A stretch of DNA of 44,762 bases, from NCBI GenBank assembly GCA_003105225.1, contig PQAK01000147.1, forward strand, positions 1 through 44,762, given 5' to 3'. Source of the stretch: Deltaproteobacteria bacterium. Its GTDB lineage: Bacteria; Desulfobacterota; Deferrimicrobia; Deferrimicrobiales; Deferrimicrobiaceae. Below are positions 1-8,722 of this stretch, in pieces (position 1 is the first letter of the stretch; every line of letters begins with the position of its first letter). The translations under genes and the position numbers were made by a program. A model generated the notes under the pieces. It made no database searches, had not been told where the DNA came from, and saw nothing but the letters and a program-made list of their open reading frames with translations.

Positions 1-437
1 GCCGTGTTGCTCGGGAAGGCGGGTGCGATGACGGCATCCGTAAAGAAGATGCTGTAGGCCAGCCCCAGCGTGGACCGGCCGAAGACCCCCACGACCCTGT
101 AGCTCAGCCGGCGCCCCAGCCCCGACTTCACGACTCCCCGGGCGACCAGGAACGCGATCACCACCAGGAGGACGCTCCCGTTGGCGAAACCCCCGAACGC
201 CTTCGCGGGCGCCACGGTCCCCGAGAGCACGGAAACCGCCACCGCGATCATGGCGGCCGTCAGGAGGGGAAACGCGTTCAGGACCACGGAGAGGACAGCG
301 GACGCGAAGATGGCGAAGAGATGCCATGCCGGGGGAGTCAAGCCCTCCGGGACGGGCGTGAACCAGAGACCGAACGCCACGGCGAGGGTGGTCCCCCGGG
401 CGAGAAGCTTTCGGCGGTGCGGACCAGGCGCGTTCAT
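1..437 (-). CDS. DASS-family anion:sodium symporter (dicarboxylate / 2-oxoglutarate-malate type). About 145 N-terminal codons are present; the gene continues beyond the window edge.
   Basis: Absent from the ORF track because it runs off the edge. Manual reverse translation from the ATG at 437 gives MNAPGPHRRKLLARGTTLAVAFGLWFTPVPEGLTPPAWHLFAIFASAVLSVVLNAFPLLTAAMIAV...FANGSVLLVVIAFLVARGVVKSGLGRRLSY...FFTDAVIAPAFPSNT. This is the typical N-terminus of TC 2.A.47 permeases. ATGA start/stop overlap with the upstream ORF. Confidence 0.65.
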   Translation of the reverse strand, partial: MNAPGPHRRKLLARGTTLAVAFGLWFTPVPEGLTPPAWHLFAIFASAVLSVVLNAFPLLTAAMIAVAVSVLSGTVAPAKAFGGFANGSVLLVVIAFLVARGVVKSGLGRRLSYRVVGVFGRSTLGLAYSIFFTDAVIAPAFPSNT

Positions 438-1015
438 GGGGGACCCACGCGGAACCTGCCCCGGAGCCCCACGGTCCGTCCCTGGATGGTCCCGTCTTCC
501 GCCCGGATGACATACTGCCACTCCAACGCGTACTCCCCGCGCACTCCCGCGTAGCGCCCCGTTCCCCCCAGGAAGGTTCCCATGAAGCGGTTTCCGGTGC
601 CGACCCGTTCTCCCCGCATCTCGCTGAACACCTGGTCGCCGCGGCTGTCGGTCCAGGCGCACCAGACGGTTCCGCCCTTCAGGCTGTCAAAAGCCCCGAG
701 GATCTCGCTCCGGAACCCCTGGCCCAGACGTTGTTCCCCGGTGAGCAGGAGGGACCCGGTCATGTGGACGATGGAGGCTTTCCGGTCCGGCCCCAGTTGA
801 AGGACCTGCCCCCGGCCGGAGGCGGTCCCCGTCCCCTCGAAGGCGTGCCATTCTCCGGGCGCCGGGGCGCCACCGGCTGACGATACGCTTTCCGGACCCT
901 TTGCAGGCCCCCCGCATGCCAGCGCGAACAAGGCGAGCAGCACGAGCGGTGCCCCCGGACGGACGGGAGAGCCCGCCGGGCCCCGACGCAGATGGAATGC
1001 GTGTGCCCTTTCCAT
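434..1015 (-). CDS. Secreted lipoprotein of unknown function
   Basis: 193 aa ORF with a signal peptide and lipobox (LLALFALAC-GG). The mature part is beta-rich and Gly-rich. Its stop overlaps the DASS start (ATGA). Confidence 0.5.
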   Translation of the reverse strand: MERAHAFHLRRGPAGSPVRPGAPLVLLALFALACGGPAKGPESVSSAGGAPAPGEWHAFEGTGTASGRGQVLQLGPDRKASIVHMTGSLLLTGEQRLGQGFRSEILGAFDSLKGGTVWCAWTDSRGDQVFSEMRGERVGTGNRFMGTFLGGTGRYAGVRGEYALEWQYVIRAEDGTIQGRTVGLRGRFRVGPP

Positions 1016-1247
1016 CCCCCCTGCTCCTCCGCCCGTCGACCCCCGGGCACGGACCGGTTCCCTTGCATGCGGACAAAGGTTCTTGCTACGTCGCCTTTTA
1101 TAATAAATAATTACACAAGACCTGGTTCAATAGATAATTATATATGAATCAGATTGTCGACAGTATACAGTTGCCGCCCGGTGCGATTCCCAGGGAAACC
1201 GCCATGCGATGCTGTCCCTTCCCTGCGCAACGGAGGGAGGACGACCC

Positions 1248-2480
1248 ATGAACCGACGCACCCCGAACCCCTGCACGCGTGCCGCACGGAAGATTGCCCT
1301 TGGGATGGCCTGCCTCGCCGCATTGCATCTCGGGGGGTGCGGAAAAGAGAAAAAAGCAGGACCCGCATCCGCCGCCCCGACCGTCACCGTCATGGAAGTC
1401 GTTCCCACGGACATGCCGGTCTCCGCCGAGTACGTCGCGCAAACCCAGAGCTCCCGACAGGTCAATATCTATGCACGGGTCAGCGGTTTCCTCGACCGCC
1501 GGCTCTACACCGAAGGCGCGGCGGTCCGGGAGGGGCAGGTCCTCTTCCAGATCGATCCGAAACCGTTCCAGGTGCAGCTCGACCAGGCCAAGGCCGCGCT
1601 GGCCAAGCAGGAAGCCTCCCTGGAAGTGGCGCGGGCCAATCTCGCGCGCACCAAGCCGCTCGCCGAATTGAACGCGCTGTCGCAGAAGGATCTCGACGAT
1701 GCGACCGGCCAGTCCCAGTCCGCGGCAGCGGCGGTCGACCAGGCAAAGGCCCAGGTGGAGACGGCAAAACTCAACCTTTCCTACTGCACCATCACCTCTC
1801 CGGTCAACGGCATGACGGGCGCCGCCCTGCAGCAGGAAGGCACGTACATCAGTCCGCAGAACAGCCAGCTCACCACGGTGATGCTCCTGTCCCCGATGTG
1901 GGTGAACTTCAGCCTGTCGGAAAACGAGATGCAGAAATTCCGCGGGAGCATCGAAAAGGGGCTCCTGCGCCCTCCGAAAAACGGCAGGTACGCGATCGAG
2001 ATCGTCCTGGTGGACGGGACGATCTTTCCCCATACCGGGCGGATCACCTTCGCCGATCCCTCCTACAACTCGCAGACGGGAACGTTTCTGATCCGGGTCA
2101 GCGTCGATAATCCCGGCGGGGTCCTTCGCCCGAACCAGTACGTTCGCGTCCGCGTGAAGGGCGCGGTCCGTCCCAATGCGATCCTCGTGCCTCAGAAGGC
2201 GGTGCAGCAGGGATCCAAGGGGCACTTCGTCTGGATCGTCAACAAGGAGGGGGCGGTCGAGCTCCGTCCCGTCATCGTCGGCGAATGGTACGGAGACGAC
2301 TGGTTCATCGATGAAGGGCTTCGGGCCGGGGAACGCATCGTGGTGGACGGCGCGTTGACGCTGCGCCCGGACGTCAAGGTCGCGGCCCAACCCCACGTTC
2401 GCGGCACGGGACCGGAACCCGTTGCCGGAAGGCCTCCGTCAGGCGCCGCGAAGGACGCCGCAGCCGGAAAAGACCGTTAG
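1248..2480 (+). CDS. RND efflux periplasmic adaptor (membrane fusion protein, AcrA/MexA family), lipoprotein
   Basis: Start chosen at MNRRTP, preceded by GGAGGGAGG. Lipobox LHLGGC. Family motifs: VSGFLDRRLYTEGAAVREGQVLFQIDP, coiled-coil hairpin, ITSPVNGMTG. Confidence 0.9.
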   Translation: MNRRTPNPCTRAARKIALGMACLAALHLGGCGKEKKAGPASAAPTVTVMEVVPTDMPVSAEYVAQTQSSRQVNIYARVSGFLDRRLYTEGAAVREGQVLFQIDPKPFQVQLDQAKAALAKQEASLEVARANLARTKPLAELNALSQKDLDDATGQSQSAAAAVDQAKAQVETAKLNLSYCTITSPVNGMTGAALQQEGTYISPQNSQLTTVMLLSPMWVNFSLSENEMQKFRGSIEKGLLRPPKNGRYAIEIVLVDGTIFPHTGRITFADPSYNSQTGTFLIRVSVDNPGGVLRPNQYVRVRVKGAVRPNAILVPQKAVQQGSKGHFVWIVNKEGAVELRPVIVGEWYGDDWFIDEGLRAGERIVVDGALTLRPDVKVAAQPHVRGTGPEPVAGRPPSGAAKDAAAGKDR

Positions 2481-2496
2481 AGGAGGCGAGCGATTC

Positions 2497-5400
2497 ATGT
2501 TCTCCCGGTTTTTCATCGAGCGGCCGATCTTCGCGACGGTCGTATCGCTGATCATCGTCATCGCCGGGCTCGTGTCGATGAAAGTCCTGCCGGTCGCCCA
2601 GTACCCGTCCATCACGCCGGTGCAGGTGACGGTGACCGCCGTCTACCCGGGCGCCGATTCGAAAACCGTCGCCGATGCGGTTGCCGCCCCCATCGAGGCC
2701 CAGATCAACGGCGTCGAGAACATGCTCTACATGACATCGACGAGCTCCAGTTCCGGCCAGCTCACCCTGACGGTCTACTTCAGCCTCGACACGGATCCCG
2801 ACATCGCCCAGGTGCAGGTCCAGAACCGGGTGAACCTCGCCACGCCGCAGCTTCCCGACGCCGTCATCCAGAACGGCGTGTCGGTGCAGAAAAAATCGTC
2901 CAGCATCCTGATGATCATCGCCCTGTACAACAAGGACGGCCGCTACAAACCCGATTACGTGACCAATTACGCCAACGTGTATGTCCTGGATGCCATCAAG
3001 AGGATCAACGGCGCCGGCCAGGCCTCGATCTTCGGCGTGGCCGACCAGGCGATGCGCATCTGGATGAATCCCGACCGGATGGCCTCCCTCGGGATCACCA
3101 CGACGGACGTCCAGCAGGCGGTCGCCAACCAGAACGCCCTGTTCGGGGCCGGCCAGATCGGCCAGCAGCCGACCGAGGGGACCGTCCAGCAGACGTTCCC
3201 GGTCGTCACCCAGCCCCAGTTCGTCCAGCCGTCCGAGTACGAGAACCTCATCCTCCGCGCCGACCCGGACGGCAGCGCCATCATCCGCGTCAAGGACGTC
3301 GCGCGCGCCGAGGTCGGCCGCAGGCAGTACGTCGACGACAGCCGGCTGAACGGGGCATCGGCGACCTTCATCGCGGTCTACCAGCAGCCCGGTTCCAACG
3401 GCCTCGATGTCTCCAAGGCGGTCCGCGCGACCATGGAGGAGATGAAGAAGACGATGCCGAGCGGCATCGAAACCGTCATCGCCCTCGATACGACCGATTT
3501 CGTCAGGATCTCCATCAAAGAGGTCTACCACACGCTGATCGAGGCGATCGTGCTGGTGATGCTCGTCGTGTACCTGTTCCTCCAGAGCTTCCGCTCCACG
3601 ATCATCTGCATCGTCGCCATCTTCGTGGCGCTGATCGGCACGTTCACCGGCATGCTCGCCCTGGGATTCTCCATCAACCTGCTGACCCTGTTCGGCATCG
3701 TTCTGGCCATCGGCATGGTGGTCGACGATGCGATCGTCGTGGTGGAGAACGTCGAGCGGAACATGGCCAAGGCCGGCCTCCCCCCGAAGGAGGCCACGAT
3801 CCGGTCGATGGAAGAGATCGGCGGCTCGCTCGTGGCGGTGGTCCTCGTCATGGCCTCGGTCTTCATCCCCGCGGCCTTCCTTCCCGGAACGACGGGGCAG
3901 CTCTACAAGCAGTTCGCCATCACCATCGTCATTTCCGTCGCCCTCTCCGGGTTCGTGGCGCTCACCCTGACCCCGGCGATGTGCGCGATCCTCCTGAAGC
4001 ACAAGGCTGCCCCGCAGCGGGGATTCTTCGCCTGGTTCAACCGCGGGGTCAACCGGCTTACCCTGGCGTTCGGCAATGCCGTCACTCTCATCATCAAGAG
4101 GATGGCCGTGGCGTTCGTGCTGCTCGCCGTGTTCCTGGCAACGCTCGTGTACCTGTTCCGGACCATGCCGACGAGCTTCGTGCCCAACGAGGACCAGGGG
4201 TACGTCCTGGCGGCGCTGATCCTGCCGGATGCCGCCAGCCTGGACCGCACGGCGCAGACGGCCGGCCGCGTCGATGCGCTGTTCGCAAAGGAACCGGGGG
4301 TCCTGAACCGGACGGCGATCAGCGGCTACAGCCTGATCGACGGCCAGTACAAGACCACCGCGTCGACCTTCTTCGTCACCCTGAAGGACTTCGAGGAGCG
4401 TTACGCTTCGAAGGAGCACGCCCTGAGGGAAAATTCCCGCGCGGTGCTGCAAGCGGTCCATGCCGGGGCCGGCGCCATCCGGACCGGCGCGGTGATCCCC
4501 ATTGCGCCGCCCGCGATCCCCGGGATCGGTACCACGGGGGGATTCGAATTCTGGATCCAGGACAAGGGGTCCGGAGACCCGCAGCGGCTGCACGAGCTGA
4601 CCCAGCAGTTTCTCGCCGAGGCCCGGAAACGTCCCGAGCTGAGCGGCATGAACAGCACCTTCCGGGCATCTTCGCGACAGATGCGGGTCGATGTCGACCG
4701 CGACAAGGCCGTGCTCCTGGGCGTGCCGGTGCAGGACGTGTACCGCGCCCTGCAGGCCCAGTTCGGCTCGATCATCGTCAGCCAGTACAACCAGTACAGC
4801 CGGATCTGGAACGTCATCCTGCAGTCGGATGCGCGTTTCCGCCAGCATCCTTCCGACATCACCCGGTTGTACACCCGGTCCAATAACGGCCGGATGGTGC
4901 CGATCTCGGCCGTCGTGGCGACGCATTACAGCACGGGTCCCGACCTGCTCCCCCATTTCAACGGGTTCCCGGCGGCGCAGATCACCGGAAGCGCATCGCC
5001 GGGGTTCAGCTCCGGCGATGCGATCCGGGCGATGGAGGAAGCGGCGGCCAAGGTCCTGCCGCAAGGGTACGAATTTTCCTGGTCCGGCATGGCCTACGAG
5101 GAGAAAAAGTCGGGAAGCACTTCGGCGGCCGCCTTCATCTTCGGCCTCATCATCGTGTTCCTCGTCCTGGCCGCCCAGTTCGAATCGTGGAGCATTCCCG
5201 GTTCCGTCATGACGGCGGTCCCCTTCGGGATCCTCGGCGCCCTGGCGCTGAACTGGCTGCGCGGCCTGAACAACGACGTCTACTTCCAGATCGGCCTGCT
5301 GGTGCTGATCGGGCTGGGAGCGAAGAACGCCGTCCTGCGGGTCACCTTCGCCGTCGAGCTGCGCAAGCAGGGATTGTCGGTCCTGGACGCGACCATCCAG

Positions 5401-5712
5401 GCCGGCGAGGAAAGGCTGCGCCCGATCCTCATGACCTCGCTGGCGTTCATCTTCGGCGTGCTGCCGCTGGCCCTCGCCATGGGCGCCCAGGCGAACGCCC
5501 GCCACTCCATCGGCACCGGCATCATCGGAGGCATGATCGGGGAGACCACCCTGGCCATGCTGTACGTGCCGCTCTTCTTCTATCTCTTCGACCGGTGGCA
5601 CTCGCGCAAGGAAGGGAAAAAGGACGCCGTCGAGGCGCGGCCGGAGGCGGCCGTCCCGGCTGCGGCGGGGGCGCCGCATGCGGACCCGCCCGGGAAGCAG
5701 GAGGGGATCTGA
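2497..5712 (+). CDS. RND multidrug efflux permease (HAE1, AcrB/MexB family)
   Basis: ATG at 2497, 10 nt after AGGAGG (2481-2486). N-terminus MFSRFFIERPIFATVVSLIIVIAGL. 1071 aa with the 12-TM, two-large-loop architecture. Motifs: AIGMVVDDAIVVVENVER, GLLVLIGLGAKNAVL. Confidence 0.95.
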   Translation: MFSRFFIERPIFATVVSLIIVIAGLVSMKVLPVAQYPSITPVQVTVTAVYPGADSKTVADAVAAPIEAQINGVENMLYMTSTSSSSGQLTLTVYFSLDTDPDIAQVQVQNRVNLATPQLPDAVIQNGVSVQKKSSSILMIIALYNKDGRYKPDYVTNYANVYVLDAIKRINGAGQASIFGVADQAMRIWMNPDRMASLGITTTDVQQAVANQNALFGAGQIGQQPTEGTVQQTFPVVTQPQFVQPSEYENLILRADPDGSAIIRVKDVARAEVGRRQYVDDSRLNGASATFIAVYQQPGSNGLDVSKAVRATMEEMKKTMPSGIETVIALDTTDFVRISIKEVYHTLIEAIVLVMLVVYLFLQSFRSTIICIVAIFVALIGTFTGMLALGFSINLLTLFGIVLAIGMVVDDAIVVVENVERNMAKAGLPPKEATIRSMEEIGGSLVAVVLVMASVFIPAAFLPGTTGQLYKQFAITIVISVALSGFVALTLTPAMCAILLKHKAAPQRGFFAWFNRGVNRLTLAFGNAVTLIIKRMAVAFVLLAVFLATLVYLFRTMPTSFVPNEDQGYVLAALILPDAASLDRTAQTAGRVDALFAKEPGVLNRTAISGYSLIDGQYKTTASTFFVTLKDFEERYASKEHALRENSRAVLQAVHAGAGAIRTGAVIPIAPPAIPGIGTTGGFEFWIQDKGSGDPQRLHELTQQFLAEARKRPELSGMNSTFRASSRQMRVDVDRDKAVLLGVPVQDVYRALQAQFGSIIVSQYNQYSRIWNVILQSDARFRQHPSDITRLYTRSNNGRMVPISAVVATHYSTGPDLLPHFNGFPAAQITGSASPGFSSGDAIRAMEEAAAKVLPQGYEFSWSGMAYEEKKSGSTSAAAFIFGLIIVFLVLAAQFESWSIPGSVMTAVPFGILGALALNWLRGLNNDVYFQIGLLVLIGLGAKNAVLRVTFAVELRKQGLSVLDATIQAGEERLRPILMTSLAFIFGVLPLALAMGAQANARHSIGTGIIGGMIGETTLAMLYVPLFFYLFDRWHSRKEGKKDAVEARPEAAVPAAAGAPHADPPGKQEGI

Positions 5713-5713
5713 C

Positions 5714-7186
5714 ATGCGTCGATGCCTCCGCATCGCATCGCTCGCCCTGCTCGCCGGCTGCGCGATCGGCCCGGATTACCGGCGCCCCGCCGTCGACCTT
5801 CCGGACGCTTTCCGCTACTCGGAGAAAGAGGCGCGGGATACCGCGAACATCGCCTGGTGGCGGCAGTTCCAGGACCCGGTGCTCGATACCCTCGTTCTCG
5901 ACGCGCTTGCCGATAACAAGGACGTGAAAATTGCGACCTCGAACATCGAGCAGGCGGCAGGAGTGGTCGCCCAGACCCGCGGCGCTCTCTTTCCCCAGGT
6001 CGTCTACGACGGGTCCGCCGCGCGCCAGCGGGGCAGCGAGCGCAACGCGACGCCGATACCGCCCGGCGTCTCCAACCCGCAGACCGCCCTGTCGCTCCTT
6101 GGCGGGGCGACCTGGGAGATCGACCTGTGGGGCCGCATCCGCCGGCTCTCGGAGGCGGCGCGGGCGAACCTGCTCGCCTCCGAGGAGGCCCGCCGCGGCG
6201 TGATCCTCTCCCTCGTCGCCGCGGTCGCGGACAACTACATGCAGCTCCGCGGCCTGGACGAGCAGCTGTCGATCGCCCGGCGGACGCTGGCAACGTACGG
6301 CGAATCCGTCAGGCTTTTCGAGCTGCAGTTCCAGTACGGCCAGGTATCCATGATGAACGTCGAGCAGGCGCGCACCCAGTACGAGAGCGCGGCGGCGGCG
6401 ATTCCGCAGATCGAAGCGGATATCGCCCGGACGGAGCACGCGCTGTCCCTTCTCCTCGGGCGGAATCCCGGGCCGATTCCACGCGGCAGGAGCATCTACG
6501 AGCTTGCGATCCCCGACATCCCCGCCGCCATCCCTTCCCGGGTGCTCGAACGACGGCCGGATATCGCCCAGAGCGAGCAGAACCTGATCGCCGCAAACGC
6601 GCGGATCGGGGCCGCCAAGGCCCTCTATTTCCCGACGATTTCCCTGACCGGCGCTTTCGGCCAGGCAAGCGCCGACCTGTCCGATCTGTTCCGGGGGCCG
6701 GCACGGACGTGGAGCTATGCGGGGTCGCTCACCGGACCGATTTTCACCGGCGGGGCGATCGCCGGCCAGGTCCAACAGGCCGAGGCGGCCCGCCGGGCCG
6801 CGCTCCTGAGATACGAGTCCTCGATACAGGGCGCTTTCGCGGATGTCGAAGACTCGCTGGTCATCCGGGCCAAAACCGCGGAGCAGCTCCAGGCGCAGGA
6901 ACGGCTTGTCGCCGCGGCCAGGGAATATACCCGGCTCGCGCAGCTCCAGTACGATGGAGGCTACTCGCCTTACTTCACGGTCATCCAGGCCCAGGAACAG
7001 CTGTTTCCCGCCGAACTCAACCAAGCCAAGATCCGCGCTTCGCTGTTTTCGTCGTTCGTGAATATCTACAAGGCATTGGGCGGCGGCTGGATCGATGGGT
7101 CGAAAGCCGCCGGGCAGCAGCCGAAAAAACACGCATCGGAACGCCCGCGAGGCACCCTGTCGCAGGCAGATGGAGGGATCCCATGA
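5714..7186 (+). CDS. Outer membrane factor lipoprotein of an RND system (NodT/OprM family)
   Basis: Start MRRCLRIASLALLAGC-AIGPDYRRP, the classic NodT N-terminus. WWRQFQDP motif. Two-repeat TolC-like body. Confidence 0.9.
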   Translation: MRRCLRIASLALLAGCAIGPDYRRPAVDLPDAFRYSEKEARDTANIAWWRQFQDPVLDTLVLDALADNKDVKIATSNIEQAAGVVAQTRGALFPQVVYDGSAARQRGSERNATPIPPGVSNPQTALSLLGGATWEIDLWGRIRRLSEAARANLLASEEARRGVILSLVAAVADNYMQLRGLDEQLSIARRTLATYGESVRLFELQFQYGQVSMMNVEQARTQYESAAAAIPQIEADIARTEHALSLLLGRNPGPIPRGRSIYELAIPDIPAAIPSRVLERRPDIAQSEQNLIAANARIGAAKALYFPTISLTGAFGQASADLSDLFRGPARTWSYAGSLTGPIFTGGAIAGQVQQAEAARRAALLRYESSIQGAFADVEDSLVIRAKTAEQLQAQERLVAAAREYTRLAQLQYDGGYSPYFTVIQAQEQLFPAELNQAKIRASLFSSFVNIYKALGGGWIDGSKAAGQQPKKHASERPRGTLSQADGGIP

Positions 7187-7881
7187 ACCGGCTGGCGATG
7201 CTGCTTCTATCGGGACTGGTTGGCGCCATCGCACTCCTGCTCGGTGGCTGCGCCTCGAGCTACCAGGCGCGAAGCATGGAAATAAAGCACACGATGCTGG
7301 TCAACCCGGACATCCTGAAGCCGGGGACCGGCGACCAGGCCCTGTATCGGTACCAGAACCCGGACGCGAAGGGAAAGAAATACACCAAAATGCTGATCGC
7401 CCCGGTCCTCCTGGCAAGGTCGGCGGAGCTCGACGCGGAGACCCTGGAGAATTACCAGAAGCTCGCCAACAACGCCTACATTTACCTGGTCCAGGAACTC
7501 CAGAACGATTTCAAGATCGTTCAAACTCCCGAACCGGAGACGTTAAGGCTCCAGCTGGCCATCCTCGATGCGGAGCCTTCGAGCAAGGCCCGCAACATCC
7601 TGTCGAGCGTCGTGCCGATCGGCATCGGGATCTCCGCGATCCAGGGCGCCAGCACCGGGAAACAGACAGGGGTGGGCGAAATCACCGTGGAATTCAAGAT
7701 CAGCGATGCGATGACCGGAGAGCTGCTCGGGGCGGCCATCGACCGCCGCGTCGGCGGCAAGGATCCCGGGGGAATGTTCGACAGCTGGTACAACGCCGAC
7801 GCCGCAATGAAATACTGGGCCAAGCGGACGCGTTTCGTCCTGTGCACGGAGGGGGGACGCAAGGACTGCGTGAAGCCCTGA
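7183..7881 (+). CDS. DUF3313-like lipoprotein, fourth gene of the RND operon
   Basis: ATG at 7183 overlaps the OMF stop (ATGA). MNRLAMLLLSGLVGAIALLLGGC lipobox. This is only the last 232 codons of the 584-aa track ORF 6127..7881; the upstream part of that ORF is an alternate frame of the OMF gene. Confidence 0.7.
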   Translation: MNRLAMLLLSGLVGAIALLLGGCASSYQARSMEIKHTMLVNPDILKPGTGDQALYRYQNPDAKGKKYTKMLIAPVLLARSAELDAETLENYQKLANNAYIYLVQELQNDFKIVQTPEPETLRLQLAILDAEPSSKARNILSSVVPIGIGISAIQGASTGKQTGVGEITVEFKISDAMTGELLGAAIDRRVGGKDPGGMFDSWYNADAAMKYWAKRTRFVLCTEGGRKDCVKP

Positions 7882-7900
7882 GGGAGTTCGAACCTCCTTC
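7876..7900 (-). repeat. Partial copy of the tRNA-Arg(UCG) 3' segment (variable loop, T-arm, acceptor)
   Basis: The reverse complement GAAGGAGGTTCGAACTCCCTCAGGG aligns to GAAGGTTGGGGGTTCGAGTCCCTCAGGG of the tRNA at 7918-7993. It lies 17 nt beyond the tRNA 3' end and contains the DUF3313 stop codon. Confidence 0.4.
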
Positions 7901-7917
7901 GCGCGATACGGAAAAAA

Positions 7918-7993
7918 TGGCGCGCCCTGAGGGACTCGAACCCCCAACCTTCTGATCCGAAGTCAGAAGCTCTATCCGTTGAGCTAAGGGCGC
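7918..7993 (-). tRNA. tRNA-Arg (anticodon UCG), CCA encoded
   Basis: Manual cloverleaf: GCGCCCT-TA-GCTC-AACGGATA-GAGC-T-TCTGA-CTTCGGA-TCAGA-AGGTT-GGGGG-TTCGAGT-CCCTC-AGGGCGC-G-CCA (76 nt). Confidence 0.9.
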
Positions 7994-8006
7994 GCGGGCG
8001 GGCGGA

Positions 8007-8429
8007 TCACGATCCCTGGCATCCGCCGGGGTGGCAGCATTCCGGCCCCGAATCGGGCAGGAGGGAAAAGTGCGCGGTGACGATCCGGGGGGAATCGCCG
8101 GCGACCGATACCCATAGAGTGGCCCGGATGAGGGCTTCCCCGATCCCCTCCTCCTCATCCATCTCCCGGACCTTCTGGATCGCGTGGATCACCACGAAAC
8201 CGTCGAACCGGTCGCACCGCAGCAGATCGAAGGACATCTCCGCGGTGGAATCGAACGCGGCCTCCAGGACCGCCCCGTACGTCTCCCCGTCGAAGAGGGA
8301 TCCCGTATAATCCTCGAAGATCCCGAAGCGGGGATCTTCCAGCGCGAAAAATGCGCGCAGCCCCTCCGGGTCCCGAGCGTTATACGCATCGGCATATTGT
8401 GACAGGAACGCCTGCGGGTCGAATTCCAT
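8007..8429 (-). CDS. NTF2/SnoaL-like fold protein of unknown function with a Cys-rich tail
   Basis: 140 aa. FLSQYADAYNARDPEGLRAFF resembles the start of a SnoaL/DUF4440-type domain. C-terminal PECCHPGGC. Confidence 0.5.
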   Translation of the reverse strand: MEFDPQAFLSQYADAYNARDPEGLRAFFALEDPRFGIFEDYTGSLFDGETYGAVLEAAFDSTAEMSFDLLRCDRFDGFVVIHAIQKVREMDEEEGIGEALIRATLWVSVAGDSPRIVTAHFSLLPDSGPECCHPGGCQGS

Positions 8430-8467
8430 GGGGAGGCATTATCCCATGTTTCCGGGCCACGCACCAC

Positions 8468-8649
8468 TAGCCCGCATTTCTCACCAAGCTTCTGCTGCGG
8501 CGGCGGATACGGGCATGTCTACTGCGTTGCGCTCGGTCGGGCTCCTCGACGTAGTGTCAACTACGCCTGCGGCGCCCTCGGTCGCGACGCCTTGTATCCA
8601 TACCCGTCTCCACCGCCTCGCGACGAACCCTGGTGAGAATTGCGGGCTA
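8468..8649. repeat. Foldback element A: a 182-nt near-symmetric imperfect hairpin with a core shared with the element at 40751-40921
   Basis: Outer stem TAGCCCGCATTTCTCACCA / TGGTGAGAATTGCGGGCTA pairs at 18 of 19 positions. Inner stems GGCGGCGGATACGGG / CCCGTCTCCACCGCC and GCGTTGCG / CGCGACGC. Apex CGTAGT-GTCA-ACTACG, centred at 8558. Confidence 0.6.
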
Positions 8650-8722
8650 AGGGATCGCCGATCGGAGGGTGGGTCCGGCGGCAACCGGAAGGAACACGCG
8701 GGAGACGTTCTGGTATAGTGGA

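Noticed and set aside
2374-5733. 1119-aa minus-strand ORF spanning the whole RND pump gene. Similar cases: 1149..2396(-), 5522..7234(-), 10414..11532(-), 23073..25421(+), 25298..26494(+), 43156..44547(-), 41588..42712(-).
   Set aside because: These are antisense or alternate-frame shadow ORFs, typical of high-GC DNA. Their translations are Arg/Gly/Pro/Asp-rich low-complexity sequence with no motifs, while the opposite strand or frame encodes clearly recognisable proteins.
6127-7881. Very long composite track ORFs: 6127..7881, 9610..11649, 11382..12905, 27904..29526, 24147..25751, 19187..20377.
   Set aside because: Only the 3' portion of each is a real gene. The 5' extensions overlap the preceding gene in another frame and lack protein-like composition. 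Starts were reassigned to Met/Val codons with SD sequences, signal peptides or coupling overlaps.
8430-8722. Moco/Tuco riboswitch upstream of the tungsten-dependent AOR.
   Set aside because: The location is tempting. However, I could not match the element to the Moco motif consensus from memory. Its closest relative (40751-40921) is in the opposite orientation and is not upstream of any molybdo- or tungsto-enzyme gene. An Infernal scan with RF01055 would settle it.
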